Source of the DNA: Trichoplax sp. H2
Taxonomy: Eukaryota
Reading direction: 5' to 3'
NCBI GenBank assembly: GCA_003344405.1
Contig: NOWV01000017.1
Coordinates: forward strand, 558,001-622,000
Length of the DNA stretch: 64,000 nt
A model generated the notes under the pieces. The model saw nothing but the letters and a program-made list of their open reading frames with translations. It ran no database searches and had not been told where the DNA came from. Shown in pieces: positions 12,701-28,546 of the stretch (position 1 is the stretch's first letter; each line of letters opens with the position of its first letter). A program made the translations under genes and the position numbers.

Positions 12701-15700
12701 TGAAAGTTTGGCTGAAACTGACTTATTAACTAATTTTTATTGTAATGTACGAAATATTCAAGATTTCCAATGTCAAAGGGTATCGCTGGTTATGTTGCTA
12801 CATCTGGAAATGTACTCAACATCAAAGATGCTTACAAGGATTCAAGATTCAACAGGTCAGAATACAAAGCAATTTCACTTTGTTATAGTTTTTTAACTTG
12901 TCATTTACTTCGGGAACTTGATCTTCACAGAGAAATTGATAGTCAAACTGGCTACACTACGAAAACGATTCTTTGTATGCCTATTTTCATTCGCGGAAAG
13001 TGAGTGAGCTTCAATAAGTTAATCCACCTAACATTTATATTTGTTATTTTGCTTAGTAATCATTCCTCGAAATTATTAGTTATGTGTGCATTGTTCTGTA
13101 ATATGACATTCTTGTACGTACCTCTGAATGTTATATATTGGCTAGACTCTTATCACTAATTGGTAATATTTTTCACGCATATGTTAGTGTAATTGGAGTG
13201 GTGCAAATGGTAAATAAGCGATCATCAGTCTTTACGCAGCAAGGTTTTACTGGAATAACTTTAACGTTTTTTCTCTAAACCTAAATTATAAATAGTACCA
13301 TGAAGCATCATACGCATCAGGACTTATTTTTTTCTTTTATTACTAATAATTCTAAACTTAGATGAGCAATCCTTTGAAACGTTTGCGGTCTATTGTGGGT
13401 TAGCATTACATCATGCTAAGGTAGCATTTCGACTTTCACGTTATTTCATCAACTAATAGAATTTACTAAAAAGTGCTTGCAAGTACTTAAAATGCTAATA
13501 CAGATCGCATATCAATTACAGTTATACGACAAGATACGCCGATCAGAGCAAAAGTATAAGGTATGTAATTGCTCTTTTCGGATCATTCTCAGTTTTAATC
13601 ACCATGACGTTAAGATTTTTTACACCAATTACTGTAGCGTATACTTTATCGTTAGATTAACATGACGTAAATGCTCTTGTTACCAGGTTGCTTTGGAGGT
13701 ACTATCCTATCATAGTCAATGCAGTCATGACGAACTCCATTCCTTACGAAATGCTGACCCTGTATATGTCGCAAGTTTAGCGCGGTGAACTATTTCATTA
13801 CAGTTACTATAGTAAAAAGAAATTTGTAAACATTTTAAAACTGGTAGATTAAAAGGTTTAAGCTAATGGTATAATATTTTATATTACAGATATGACTTTG
13901 ATGTTAAAAGGATCACTGATAAAGATATTCCTGGATATGTACTATTCATGTTTCGGGATATTTTTGCTCAGTTTAGGTTATAATTTAGTGATTTTAGTGA
14001 TGATATTACTTGCTTAGCTACTGCTTTCTAGCCTATTTCATTTAAAAAACATTTTAAAATTCTTTTTATACCACAGTAAAAAAAATGAATCGGAAGACAA
14101 GTAAGGATATCGGCAATCGTACTTAACAAACATTCAGTTTCTCAAGATTATTATATGTACATGTATATTTCGTATTGCGCTAGTTAACCAAATTTTCCAA
14201 TCTTCTATCTAGATATGATATCGAGGAATTAATGAAATTTACTTTAACAGTTCGTAAGAACTATCGCAAAGTACCATATCATAATTGGTATCACGCATTT
14301 ACCGTTGCCCATACTATGTACACAATAATCAAGAAAAATCCTAACCTCTTCACTGAACTAGAGGTAATCCTAATTTTTAATAATAAATATACATAGTATT
14401 TCATAAGCACCCCTACGTAAAACGCTAACCGAAAGCCTGCATCTGTGTAAACTTTACAATAGGCAATAGGTTTATATGTTGCATGCTTATGCCATGACTT
14501 AGATCATAGAGGCAGAAATAATGCCTTTATGGTTAATTCATCCACGCCTTTGGCGGCTGTTTATTCAACATCAACCATGGAACATCATCATTTTAATCAA
14601 ACGATAACAATATTACAGGTAGTGTACTGCATGAATGATAAATTTTATCGAAGCCATACTTATTTGACTAATACGGTATAAATATGTATGCAATGAACTT
14701 ACAGAACGATGGACATAATATCTTCTCTCATCTAAATTCTGAAGAATACAAGACCGTAAGGCACCTTATCATAGATACTTTCTATGTGATAGTGATCTTG
14801 CAAATTGCGTTATACAGAATTATACCAATGCGATATTAATATTATTTATGACGTTTCTTACCAACATAATGACTACTACACTTTAAATTAATAAAGGTCC
14901 TAGGGTATATCAAGCACGCTATTTTAGCTACAGATCTAGCATTATTTTTTGGTAACAAGTCGAAACTTAAGGCAATTGTAGATGCAGGAGAATTTTCTTG
15001 GAATAATAGTATACACAGGTAATGCGACATCATAATGGATATTGTTATAGACTTTATAGGAGTTTTATTGAATTTTTATAATAAAATATAGGGCTTTGAT
15101 TCGGGCGATTGCTGTTACGGCTTGTGATATATCTAGTAATGCTAAGCCATGGGATATTAATAAGGACACTGTTAAAGTTATTTTTCAAGAATTTTATGCA
15201 CAAGTTAGTATAGGCAGTACATATGATATGTTACAACATACAATAGTAATACATGACAGTAATGAGACATCGTTATGTTTTCACACCTCCGCCCTGTAAA
15301 CTAATGTCGACCATCAGGGTGATGAAGAGAAGAGACAAGGACGTCAACCAATTCCAATGATGGATCGTGGTTTAGCTCATGAACTCCCAGCGAACCAGGT
15401 GCTGTATATCATCTAATATACGATTTTTACTCAATTACATAATAATTTACCTACTTGCAAGTACATAACCTAAGTAAACTTTTAACATGAACTACAAACT
15501 ATTAAATTTACTTATAGGTTGGCTTTGTTGTCGGAATTTGCCTGCCCTGCTATGAACTGCTTGTTAAAGTGTTACCTGGTACGCAACCAATGCTTGATGG
15601 AATTAGGTAAACCTTGTGCAATTAACTTTTATCTTAAATCTATCCTATAAATAGGACTAATCATTCATTTACCTATTTAATTTATAACATAGGGCTAATT

Positions 15701-16085
15701 TAAAAAAATGGTCGCTACTTGTAGCTAAGCAAAAAGCTGTTAAGGAAAAAGCGGAGGCAACAGGAAAGAAGTATCCTCAAGACTGTTACGATACCGATAA
15801 CGTATTCGATGCAATTTTAAACGAAGACGGTAATATAACCTTGACTGACGATAAAACTAAAAGTTGTTTAATGTACCTAGTTTATCACAGTTTAAAGATG
15901 TTCCTACAATTTTTAACATTTAACGTTAATATTCAGCTTTGTATATGCATCAGATTCATGAGACTAAGTTAATTCTATTATATTTACTTCATCCTATAGT
16001 TGACGATAACACAATAATGCAAAATCATGTTCAATTAAACAACGAAACTACATCTAAAACTGATGAGAACGAAGGTAGTGATTAG
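3703..16085 (+). CDS. PDE10A: cAMP/cGMP phosphodiesterase 10A-like (GAF-A, GAF-B, class I PDEase), ~30 exons
   Basis: Phase-consistent GT-AG exons (3703-4075, 8886-9050, 9601-9632, 9997-10108 ... last exon ~16000-16085 TAG). Exon 2 [23 protein letters not shown] resembles the PDE10A N-terminus. [51 protein letters not shown]. Catalytic motifs: [50 protein letters not shown]. Linkage of exon 1 is less certain than the rest. Confidence 0.92.
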
Positions 16086-19000
16086 TATATATGGTCTAGG
16101 AATGAATTTTCGAGGGTAAATTTAAAATAGACTTTATGTAAAGGATAATGTGCTTTCGAGTATATCATGAAATACCTTCATTTTTGATAAAATTATTTTA
16201 ATGAACTTTAATTCTATGTTAAGATGTTCTATGCGTGCTAAATTTAGTGGAAATAATTTTTATTTATATAACAATCCTACGTATGCATCTTAAGGCAACA
16301 TCTCTCTCTCTCTCTATATATATTATTATTAGTTAATTTTATTCGACGAACGATCTGTTAATATGTTCTATACATTATCTTGTAATTTACCTTCTCTTTT
16401 TCTATCTTTAACATTTCTTAACACACTATTATTACGATCATCTATATGTGTATATAAACTTATATATAGGCTTTACGTGATCCTTTGGATTGCTAATTGT
16501 ACAGTTACATGTAATGTTAACAGCTAGTACTAGCTGTGATACACATGTATCCTAACTGTTAAGCTACTTTATTATTCTAAGTATACCTGAAAGAAAATAC
16601 TAGTTGCGATAAACTACTTCCTAAATGAAGTTCTTTTATGGAATAATCTATAGATGTTTTATTATAAGCGGTTGTGATCTGTCTAATCGTTAATTTCTAT
16701 TGTATTACTTAATCCTCCTAAATAGCCTATCTTAATATCGAACAACTGTAATTGAAATTACGGGCTGTTAACGTAATTTAGCTACGATCTATACTAAAAA
16801 CGTTCAACGGCATGTAAGTGTACTGTATTCCTGAATATCTACTACTTTGTAGAAATTGGGTGTTTCAAAATTATAGTAACTGCCGATAGTCCGTTGCACA
16901 GCCTGCACATAAGTTTAATAATATACATGAACTCTATTCTCATATCGAAACTAAGTTATTTATTTGTAGGTAAACCTGATTGTTTTTGAAAATTATGATT
17001 AAAATAAAAAGTTATATGTATTCGGGCAATCTCTGTGGCATAGAATAAACCAATAAATAGCTTATACTCTAATTTATTTAGCTAATGTGTTAGTTCGTAC
17101 TGTAAATTTGTTTGTACACAGATCGTTGTAATAGAACACTACAAGTCTTTTTTAACAAATTATGCACGACACAAATCACTATCATGCTTTATTTATTTAC
17201 GTCTTATTCATGCTTGCACATATATTGTGTAAAAATCTGAACTTGGGCAATTATAGATTAATTTACAGTATCGTTAAATTGTAGTTGTATAATACTTCTC
17301 GTTTTTATGCTCATATTATTTTGTGATTAAAAAATTTAATACCAACTAGCTTTTATAACACTATAAACATTTCTATTAGTTACTTAATTGATGCAATTCA
17401 TTACTAGAATTACTATATATCCGAAAGTAAATTATCATGCAAGATGAAGTTTTAGGAAGATTATTTACTTGCTTGGAGATTATAAAGCTATGTTCTGTGT
17501 AGATTTAAAACAAATAATGTAGCTATTATAAGATGGTATATCATAACAAGCATGTATAATCATTTTAGCAACATTAGTAACAATCTTTAATCATGAGACA
17601 CACTATTCATGACGTTGTGAAACTAAACTTATAAGACTGCTCAAAATGAAACTGACACAAATACGAGGAAAATAAATTTGCTTTCTTAAATATTGAAGTT
17701 ATTTACCGTGTAGCTGTAGAAACCGATTTTGACTGACCACAGAATACGACAAAGAGAGATATTTTGATCTTATTGAATTCTGAAAATGCTACGATGAAAA
17801 CATCAGTAACAGTTACTTTTAATTCTCATATTACTTTGAATACTGTTAATATTAGTTTATCTAATGCGGTAGCACCTATATCCACTCCACTGACTATATT
17901 CATAAGCTGTATATACTATACCTTTTATATCGTATTATTCCATGAACTAATAAATTCCAGTAGTCCACGATTATCCCCACATGTACTGTAATTGCTTACA
18001 ATAAGGATGTACAGTAGGCGATATATCATAGTTTAATAAGTATTATAGTATTGTAAATCGTTTCCTTTCGACAATAGATATTCTATCAACAATCGTCTGC
18101 TCATCATATCAATAAGAATTTCCATGCTACTGTAGTATGTTCCTTATTCATTTACTCTCTGATTCTTATTAATCTTTATCAAGTGCAGTCCGTTTTACCA
18201 TCAGGATAACACCTCCTTTGATTATATACAACAGTATTTATGGCTTCGATTTGTTATTCTACCAGGGAAGAGAGTATAAAGTAACACGAGATATATCATA
18301 AGCCATAATCCTAAATACTGTATTTACTTCAACTTGATGCTATAGTTAAAGTGGCTCAAAGGGCGTTTAAAATCCATTCTAATATCTTCATCAATACTAT
18401 AAAAGGTAGGTTAATGAATAATAATTATATGAATTACGCAGATTTTATGGTTGCTATAACAACAACGACAAAAGAGTTCTGTTATTGTCTCTTCAGTTAA
18501 TCGCCAAGTTTTGCTACTGGATAAAAAAAATTTTGTTGTGCTTTACTACAGATAAAACAAATCAAGATAATAGACATTATGCGAATTTTCGTCACTAAGG
18601 ATAACATGAATATCAATGGATCCTATTGGTTTATATTATGATGTAGATGCTATAATAATAGTATCTTTATATAACTCTTCATCAGCAAAATAATGATGTT
18701 CTTAAGTTATTCTGATGACATTCAAATTGGTCCTTTCAGCTGATCTGCCATATTGAATAGTATAGCTTAATAGCAGCAGTCTATTGAAATGAAGCATACA
18801 GTTGCGATAGCACAACCTGTGTTCGTCAAAGTATAGACGTTCACTACCTTTATATTACTATCGGACAAGTTGAATTTTGGGCGAGTGGAGAAGGATCGAC
18901 CGAGGTGTAATTAAATCTAAGCTTGATTTATTCAAAATTAAATCAAAGTAAGTTAGATAAATTATATCGCTACATTATAAGTTTCTGTCTTTATTAAAAT

Positions 19001-19840
19001 CGGCATCAATAATGACAAATTATGGCTATAATTTATCTTATTTATCCATGGCTCAGTCTTGCTTCATTATGACTATTTCATACACGAGGCTACAGCTATC
19101 TTAATTCCACAATTAGTACCCATCCGTTTAGACTATAAACGACAAGAAAACATTAAGTACTGTAAAGGAAAGTCAAAATTTGTTAGATTAAAATTTAGCT
19201 AAAACAGATCAAATTTTCTATTTTTTTTGTTTTACATTTATAAAAAGTAGGTTGATTATTAATCTATTGAAAGAGTGAGAGTATAGTGCTTGTAGTGCCA
19301 TGAAACCGATTTGATGTTCTAGAATTTCTTTATAAAAATTGTCTTCCATTGATTGGTTCATGTTACATTTCGATATTGATATCCAATTCATTTGTATACT
19401 TTCCTTTATATCCTTCGTCTCTTTCCCTAACTAACTATAAAATGTATAATTTTAACGTGTAAATTCATGAAATAATTTTGACTATCTGATCTCATCTACT
19501 TACCTACTACTTTTTTTATTATTGCTTGTAGAATCAATAATTCTGTACACACCTTCAATCTAATTTACAGAATCATAAATCAAATAATTCGTGAAATTGA
19601 GATTGGATCTTTCATAATTGGGAAGGTTAAAACCTTACCATATCGGTTGAAAAGTTGTATACTTTCTTCCTTCAAGATCATCATTAAATAATATTACGAC
19701 TATTCGCTGGTTACTTGTTATCCTACAGCGCTCATTTCAAATCATAAAAGAATAGGGTAGAATAATTATTTATTCTACAGTATAGAACACATCAATATCA
19801 AGAAAAAAGTAATTGCATTGGCAATAAAAAGCGCTAAATT

Positions 19841-22800
19841 ATGTCGTACTGTAATAAAACAGGGCTGCTATTGCCTATCTTGGACGAAAGCAACTGGAAT
19901 CAAGGTTTTCGTGGATTTCTCTATTTGGCTGGATTATTATATTCTTTTTTGGGAGTTGCTATCATTGCAGATATTTTTATGTGTGCTATCGAAGTTATTA
20001 CTAGTCAAACGCGACGAATTAAAATTTCCGATAAAGATGGCAACATGAAAGAAGTTGAAGTGCGCATTTGGAATGATACAGTAGCCAATTTAACCTTAAT
20101 GGCATTAGGTTCCTCTGCACCAGAGATTTTACTCTCAATTATTGAGATTGTGGGGAATAGTTTTAAAGCAGGCGATTTAGGTCCGGGTACAATTGTTGGT
20201 TCAGCCGCTTTTAATCTGTTAGTGATCACGGCAACGTGTATTGTGGCAATTCCTAATCCAGAGGGAAGAAGAATTAAAGGAATTAAAGTTTTCGCTGTGA
20301 CAGCAACATTTAGTATATTTGCTTACCTTTGGCTATACATTGTATTAGTTGCTCGTACGAAAAATATTGTCGATTTAACGGAGGCAATTATTACCCTATG
20401 CTTCTTTTTTGTCTTGGTCTTGATCAGTTATTTCGTTGATCGTAATTTTTTCTGTCCAAGAAAGGCCAGGCGAATCTCCGATACTGAAAATGGACATCTT
20501 GCTTTTGGTAAGACTTAAAACCACTGAATTGCTGTCTACTAATATAGCACGAATTCATCACCCTTGAGTTTTCCATTTGTGATTTATAACGTTATTTTAT
20601 TAAACGCTAAAGTAATAAGATCAATTTCGAAATGAAAAACTTTGCTTTTCCGGTGTGCCCATCCGATATATCCATTTGCAAGCTAATTAGCTACACAGAG
20701 ATTTCCTATTTTCATATGATTAATTAATTAATATTATGAATTCTATCAAGTTACTATCACGTTTATATAAATTTTTCTTTAAGGTTTTATCTTCGATAGT
20801 AATTTGTCTGTAGTTACTAATATTAGGCTAACGAATTCTTATAGAGTTTTCCACTTAGCTTTGATAGCAAAATGGCTATTTCCGATCATAATGCAAACTA
20901 GACTAACAGAATTTCTAATTCATTACGATTATTCTGAGGTAGCATTGTCAAGCATATATTAATCCTGACTCTACTAGTAAATATGTACTCATTTCAATGA
21001 TTCAGAAATCAAGCATTTATCAATCCTAGCTATACGACTAGCCCTACTTTATCCACCTTTTAGTAGTTATTTGTTTATCCAGCAATATCTTTAGCTGCTC
21101 CTATTAGACTGAAACTTTTCAAAATTCAGCCTATGATCTCTAAAAGTAGGAAATCCTAGCATATTGGGCTGCTATTTCTGGCAAAATCTTTGCATAAGTG
21201 TTTAAAATGAATCGAACAAACCATTTGTAGTCTGAATTTTTATCTCGTATGTACCCATTCCCAAAATTTATTCCGATTTTTTCAATGGAAATCCTAAATC
21301 TGACGCCATTTCAGTTTATTACAATGTAGACTTGTATTTACATAAAGGCACCCCTATCCTATACGTACCATTAATCATGATATATGTCGTCAATTAACAG
21401 CAGCCATCTAGAGAGTCTTATTTTTGCTAAAGATTTCATTTGCAACATTTTAAGTCATTTTAATTGATAAACCTACATCTACTTTGCCTTTTCACAACAC
21501 ATTCCATCATATTATACAAGACTATTTTTCTATACTGCGTATATTTTAATTTGTAATGAGATTCCCTTAGTTGTACAGCCCTGATATCGCAATTTGGCGA
21601 GTATGACTATTTCAATTACTTATAAACTTAGTTTTAAATAATGTATTAAACATTGATGCTCATAACTGGCATAGGTTCTACACTTTTAGTCCAGAATGTA
21701 AGCTATATAGAGGTTCATTTTTTTACTAGTTAAGACATTAAAACTGGCTATGCTAGTATTGACTTTATCTTGTTCTATCAAAGTTTATCGGCTATAAAAA
21801 CGGGACTGATATTGTCATGTTCAATAGATTTATTTTCCTTTTCAGATATACTCTATTATAACGTAACTTGAGCTAAAACAAGCTTAGTTCTGCTTACTAG
21901 CATTATTGAAAACGGTATCTCTTAATTGACTTTAAGTCTTGGCGTAACTTAAAATGGGTATTAATTATAGTTCACTGAGAATACCACACTAAAAATTCCT
22001 TATTGGGATTTTATTTATTGATAGATGATAGTACTGGTCGCCTTGTGCCTGATAGCTTTGATAAATCTTCGGCAAATTCCTTCTTGAAGGTAAATTTGAT
22101 GACGTTTCTGGATAGTTACGCTGCAGATAAACTTTAAAATTTGATATAAATGGCTTTTGCTTAGGCATCTATGCCTACATAAGCCTACAGTATTATACAG
22201 CACCTGATACATAGGTAGTATATAAATAAAGAACTAACAATTTCCCATTTTATCTCCCCAATCTTTAATCTTCAAGGCTGTTAAAACTAGAACTGATATT
22301 ACCGCAGAAGAAGCCGCAAAATTAGCTGCTGCCAAGTTACAAGAACAGGAGAAAAAATCTTATATTTGGTATCGTGTCGGAGCGGCTCGTCTGGTATCTG
22401 GATCTAAGCGTGTAACGCCATTATTAGATGCTCGATTGCAGAAGGTACAATGAACTACTTATTTAACTCTTTTATGAGAGTATTTTTGGCAGTATACTAC
22501 ACGTTCTAATTACTTTTGACTTATTAAATTCCTATATTCTACAACAACAGATGATAAACTGTAATCTAGACATGGTCGATTAGCTAGTTAATTTAACTAT
22601 AGTATTAGGATGATCATGAGTAACGTAGGCTCAGTTAAGAGTACGCAAAGTATGACATTGATGACAGGAGCGTTTAGTTAATACAAATATAAAGCACATT
22701 AGTACTTAAAAGTGATTAAATGCTCTTCATTCCAACTATTTGATCGTTAATACCACTATAAAAGCTACTCTGTCAAACCGTAATAGATACGTTCATTTTA

Positions 22801-25800
22801 TGACGATATAAAAGCCAATTCCCTGTCTTGAATGCCATTAGTTTACTTTCGATTACAAAGTTAGCACATAGCGCTTCAGTTTTTTTTCCAATTAATGCGT
22901 GATATCGTATTAATGTTCCTTTATTCAATAACTTAAAAGATTTTTGACGATATTGAAATGAAGAATAAGAAATTTTCTTCAACTGCCGATGTTCGAGACG
23001 ATCCAGAAAGTAAGATGTGGAAATTATTAGTAGTAATAATGTAGTGCATCAACATTTTCGAGCTAAAAATGTAGAGACAATTTATAACGGGTTTTAGTTA
23101 TAGATACGGATGTAAATTTAAGATATACGTCTCTCTCTATATAATAAATTAGTAAAATAGCTTCTAGTTAATACCATGGGAAATATAAATAGGGTATTAT
23201 ACAATAACGCAATTATTTCTACAAGATTATCGAACTGGACCAGGTGTTTTTAATTTATTCCTTCTATACAAAGTCATGCTGATTAATGAATAGACATACT
23301 GATAGTTTGAAGCAATACATCCATTATATTAAATTAAATTAAATCAATCTTTTACTTCATTTTACAACAGTAGTTAACTTAGGATATCAAATCTTATTCC
23401 TATTGCATTTTAATGGTAAGGAGACTGAATATTAATTATAGTGATTTATAATTGTCCTAGCTACAACACGAACCACTATCGAATTCACTACGGCTGCTTG
23501 TGCAGTTATGGAAAATGAAAAAATGGTCAAAGTTGGCATTTCAAGAACTGGAAAGCTGAACAACACAATTAAAGTGAGGTAGGTTGATTAAAGAATATTA
23601 CATTTTATTTCTAGTAACAATAATAAAATTTCTTATTTAGTCATTTTGATTCTGTATTAAGTATTTGCAACCTTACTCGATGCTCCGTCATAGTAATATT
23701 CTCAATCAATGAATACTAACACGTAGTTTATCACCTATATTTTGCCTTTTACTTGATCTAGTTAATCATAATCGATAATAATTCCTGCTAAGACTCTTAA
23801 CTAAAGATTCCATTTCACCCTTTATTACTTTACTGTCTTTTGAATTCAGAGCAATAGCCCATAAAAAGGCTAAGAGCTAATAATTAAGTTTTATTGTAGA
23901 CTGGATACATTTATAAATTTATATATTAAATCTCAGGTATAAATTTTTCACTTCTACCGTTATCAAAATATAATCTGAGCTTCCATCGGTGCATCTACGA
24001 AGATTGATTAGATTCACAATATAAAATTTGACATGAGCATTAAAATTGTATATGCAAATTTGTCGTTTTTACCTATTGCTAAAATTAGTCCAACCTTTCA
24101 TCATTACCGGTATATCAAGTAAATTAATCTGACTTATTGTGTAGATTTTGCTACAGGTATTAATAAGATTGTAATACAATACAGGCACAATACGACTCCA
24201 TAACATTAGTCGGTTGGATTCTGATAATATTATCATGATAGTAGTATAAGGTAGATGTAAAACGAGCAACTGAATATAGTATAACCTGATTTTAAATTCA
24301 ATTACAGATACGAAACATTGCCTGGAACTGCAGAACCGGAAAAAGACTATATACCACAAAATGATGTACTCGTATTTGAGCCAAACGAAAAAATTAAATA
24401 TGTAACTATTCCAATTGTTGACGACAACGAGTGGGAACCAGATGAAAATTTTTTCATTCAAATATGGCTAGAAGGGTCCTATGATGATGCCATTATTGGT
24501 GAAAAAAATTCAACTGAAATTACAATTATTAATGACGATGGTAAGCCCCTTGCAAGCATAGTATAAAAATCATCATAGTAATCATTTATCTCGTGGTTAT
24601 TTAATTTATATTGCAATATTAAGTGATCAATATCATGTGATTCAATTAGGCAGACTGTAATATCTGAGTCATAATGATGGATTTTGATTTATTTTATTAG
24701 AGCCAGGTGAAATTGCCTTTAATAAAGCTAGCTATTTATTTAAAGAAAGTTGCGGTACTGCTAAAGTTGAGATCGTTCGTAAAAATGGTAGTGATGGAAC
24801 TATTAGCGTCAATTGGAAAACAATTGACGGCTCGGCTATCAATGGCAAAGATTATCGAGGTGGTACCGGTAAAATCGAATTTCAGCATGGTGAAATGAGT
24901 AAATTAATCGAGATTCCTCTGATTGATGATGACATTTTTGAAAATGATGAAACCTTCCATATTGAATTATTCGATCCAAATGGTGGTGCAAAATTAGGTT
25001 CACGTACTAGAACAGCCTTAACTATTGTTAATGATGACGGTAAATAGAATAGGACGGATAAAGTATTTTAAAATAGTGCAATCGGTTTTTCCCATTGACA
25101 TAGTTCAATATAACATTGATCAGCTGTATGATATTTAGCTATAGAGTGATACCTTGGTCGCCTATCTTATTATGGTATTATCTTTTTCAATCTATTTTAT
25201 TAGTATATAATTCATTGCTGGATAAAGTTGTGGCGCTAACGCGTATTAATGTCCATCGTTTGAAACTGGGCTCTCAAAGTTGGGGAGAACAATTCACTAA
25301 TGCAATGACTGTTAATGGTGGTGATGTTGAGAATGCAACAGGAATGGATTATTTCTTGCATTTCCTAACGTTTGGATGGAAGGTAATTCAAAATAAGTTA
25401 ATTGACGAATAAGAATGATCAATCATAACTATTGCATACTACTATAAAATGAATTTATTAAGTTATATTAGAACCCATTCCCATAAAACTATTTTTTAAT
25501 CGAGATATTTTTATATTTAAAATATGGTTATTTTTAATTTCTTACCAATAGGTTATCTTTGCCATCATACCACCACCTTCGATGCTAGGTGGTTGGCTTA
25601 CTTTCATCGCATCGCTTGGCATGATCGGATTTTTAACTGCTATTGTTGGTGATTTAGCAGGCATATTTGGCTGTATTGTTGGTTTAAGAGATGCAGTTAC
25701 TGCCATTACATTTGTTGCATTAGGCACAAGTTTACCCGATTTGTTTGCTAGCAAAACAGCTGCTTTGAATGAAAAATATGCCGATAATTCTATTGGTAAT

Positions 25801-26269
25801 GTTACTGGTAGTAATTCGGTCAATGTCTTCCTTGGTTTAGGATTACCATGGCTCATTGCTACTATCTATTGGAATTCACAGGTATATCATAACGTTAGTG
25901 TTATTAAATGATAGAAAATTAACTTAGAATAGTACCTTTTCTCCTAGATGAGTGTTTTAAATTATTTTGTGATTTTATATTTCTTAACGTTGTTATTTTT
26001 CTTGCCTTTGGCTAATTTAGAATAAGGAATTCTCTGTTCCTGCTGGTAATCTTGCTTCGAGTGTCATTTTATTTACCATCTGTGCTGTCATTTGTATTGC
26101 TCTTCTAATGTTAAGAAGAATAATTCCATCCTTTGGGGGTAGCGAATTAGGCGGTCCAACCAAATCTAAATACATTTCTGGCCTCCTTTTGGTTACATTG
26201 TGGATAGTCTATGTTATCATATCATCATTACAAGTCTATCGCATTATTCCGCCCATAGTCAAAACCTAA
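19841..26269 (+). CDS. SLC8A: Na+/Ca2+ exchanger (SLC8/NCX family), ~10 exons
   Basis: Alpha-1 repeat [11 protein letters not shown] and [10 protein letters not shown] in exon 19841-20507. Two Calx-beta domains ([35 protein letters not shown]). [18 protein letters not shown]. Alpha-2 repeat [29 protein letters not shown]-terminal GSELGGP and TAA at 26267-26269. Exons approx 22025-22089, 22278-22444, 22940-23009, 23461-23578, 24308-24541, 24701-25039, 25204-25382, 25552-25881, 26021-26269. Confidence 0.95.
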
Positions 26270-28546
26270 ATCCATTTCGATTACCATCTTGAATTTCCAC
26301 GGATAATTTATATTGTTTATATCATCAGTGCAAATCTATAAGATTATTTCGACTGTAAGACTTAATTGTCGACATTTATTGAAGAAAACTTCTACAAAGG
26401 TCGATTCTAGCTACCATTTACAATTTCTTATAATCAAGTAATTACAATCGGTTAGGTCGATAATATAAGAGGATACATATTTCTTCCTTTAATGGTATAA
26501 TAGAGTGGGACTATATTACGAAGTTGGTATATCGGAGTTTACAACTTTCACTCCTTTCCATTTTACCGATTAATATTTATGTTTACTATTATATAAATAT
26601 ATAAAAAAACAGTCACATTCTGGCCAACATAGGAGATAGCTAATTTGTATTAGTTTAAGTTTTCTACCATTCTATGTCACATTAAAATGATCGGATAAGT
26701 TGCTCCTATTAATTTATTGTTCAGCTATAAATTTCGGTAAAAGTTATTTAAATGTTTGACGTAATCATTAGTAGTTTTTTTAACAATATTAATAACTGCT
26801 ATTGATTAATTCTACGACATAAATCTTGATTAATATTGAACGTAGTAGATTAACCGATCATTATAAATTGATTAATAATGAATATATAATTGTAATTAAT
26901 GGAGATAATTATCTATAGAGCAGGCAAGAACTAGCCGATGTTTGATCCTTGCTTCAGGTAGTTAATTCGTGCTCCTAACTTATTGGACGATACCCACTAC
27001 GTAGTTATTATATGAACTACGACGGGCAATATTAACTGTAATGAACATTATTCCACGTTTACTGCTTCTCTTCCACTTGCCATTTTATTGGATAAGAATG
27101 TAATATACCGTAAATCAATTTGTTTAATATCGGTTTTAATTATCATAAGTATTGATCAAACTATGTCATCATTATTCTGTAGACTATACATATATATTAC
27201 AATTTTTGATTTTAATATTTTATCGCACATGTAGTACTCTTAACGTTATGTGTCTACTTAACCCAACTGAATGAGTTGAATTTGCTGTATTCTAATTAAG
27301 CTCAATCTTAGGAATAGGATTGACTATTCTAGCCATTAGTATCATCATGATTTTAATTATTATTATTGTTAATATTACTATTATCAATATCAATATGATC
27401 ATAATTTCCTATCATTGTGTTGTTAAGTAATGTTTACTAATTTAATCCGGTACTATTTTGTTAGTTTCTTAATCAATGATTTTCTAGATATTTACTTTGA
27501 GCTAGCACTGTTTTCTAGTTTACAATCATATTCCTGTTGTTGTTGATCAGTTCATCTATTATGTATCATCCGCAAAGCGATAAATTTTATAGATAACTGA
27601 AATTCGGTATTGCGTTTTCGCAATGTTATTGACTGCTAACTGCAAGAGTCGAGATTTTCATAATATAAAATTTTTAGATTACTGGATACAATAATTGTAC
27701 CAAAGATACTGTAATTGAAAGGTGATTGGATATCGCATGTTTCACATAGATTAGATCAAGCCATCCAGGTAAAACAATTGTTGTAGTTAGCAAATCCACT
27801 TGTACTGCAGCTCTTTTTTAAACTATTTCAAAGGATTTGAGTCGAGATCGTTCATAGCATAGAGTCTTTAGATTACAGGACGCAATAGTTTAGGATATGG
27901 GTAAAGTAAGTACGATGATCTGATGGACATAGAACTACTCAGATTGAATGAAATCATGATGGAAAAGTAATGATTGCTTACGTATCTAGCAAATCCATGG
28001 TGGTATGCTGTTGCTATTCTGTACCCAACTGTTAAAAGGATTGACTAAAATTAGCTATAGTCCCTTTTCAGTAGTGTTAGTTCAGCACTGGGGCATGGAT
28101 TAGATTATTCTTAACATTAGTAATTCGTGTTTAGAGTCTTTAAATCCTTTAAAGAAAAGGATCAAGGAAACTGCTGCAGTAGCGGTGCATTGCACTGATA
28201 CAAGTTTCTTCGCGCAGTACAGTACATCAGGTCCTCTTTTCTTACCTCTATGGCCCACATAGACGCTAGGGGTAAGAGAAGAGCTATTCTCTGGTCACTA
28301 AACAACTAAATAGATCATGATATACAATATTTTGAGTAGTTTACGGTTAGGCTTTTGGTTCTCCATGATGCTGACTACATACAGATGGACAGTCACTGTA
28401 TTAAGGACAGACCAGGAAGGCTAAGCTGGTTTATACTATGCATAGTATGCATACTCATTCAGTTCATCTGGAATATATTGTACTGCTCTACAGAATATCG
28501 TCTATTAGGATCCTTTACGCATGCGTTCAGGTTGCAGTTTGAAAGC

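Noticed and set aside
22551-22675. Possible NCX cassette micro-exons
   Set aside because: Weak donors or incompatible phases; the flanking exons already join in frame.
20005-25856. Minus-strand ORFs 20005-20229, 24069-24461, 25542-25856 (and 62611-63012)
   Set aside because: Antisense shadows of real coding exons.
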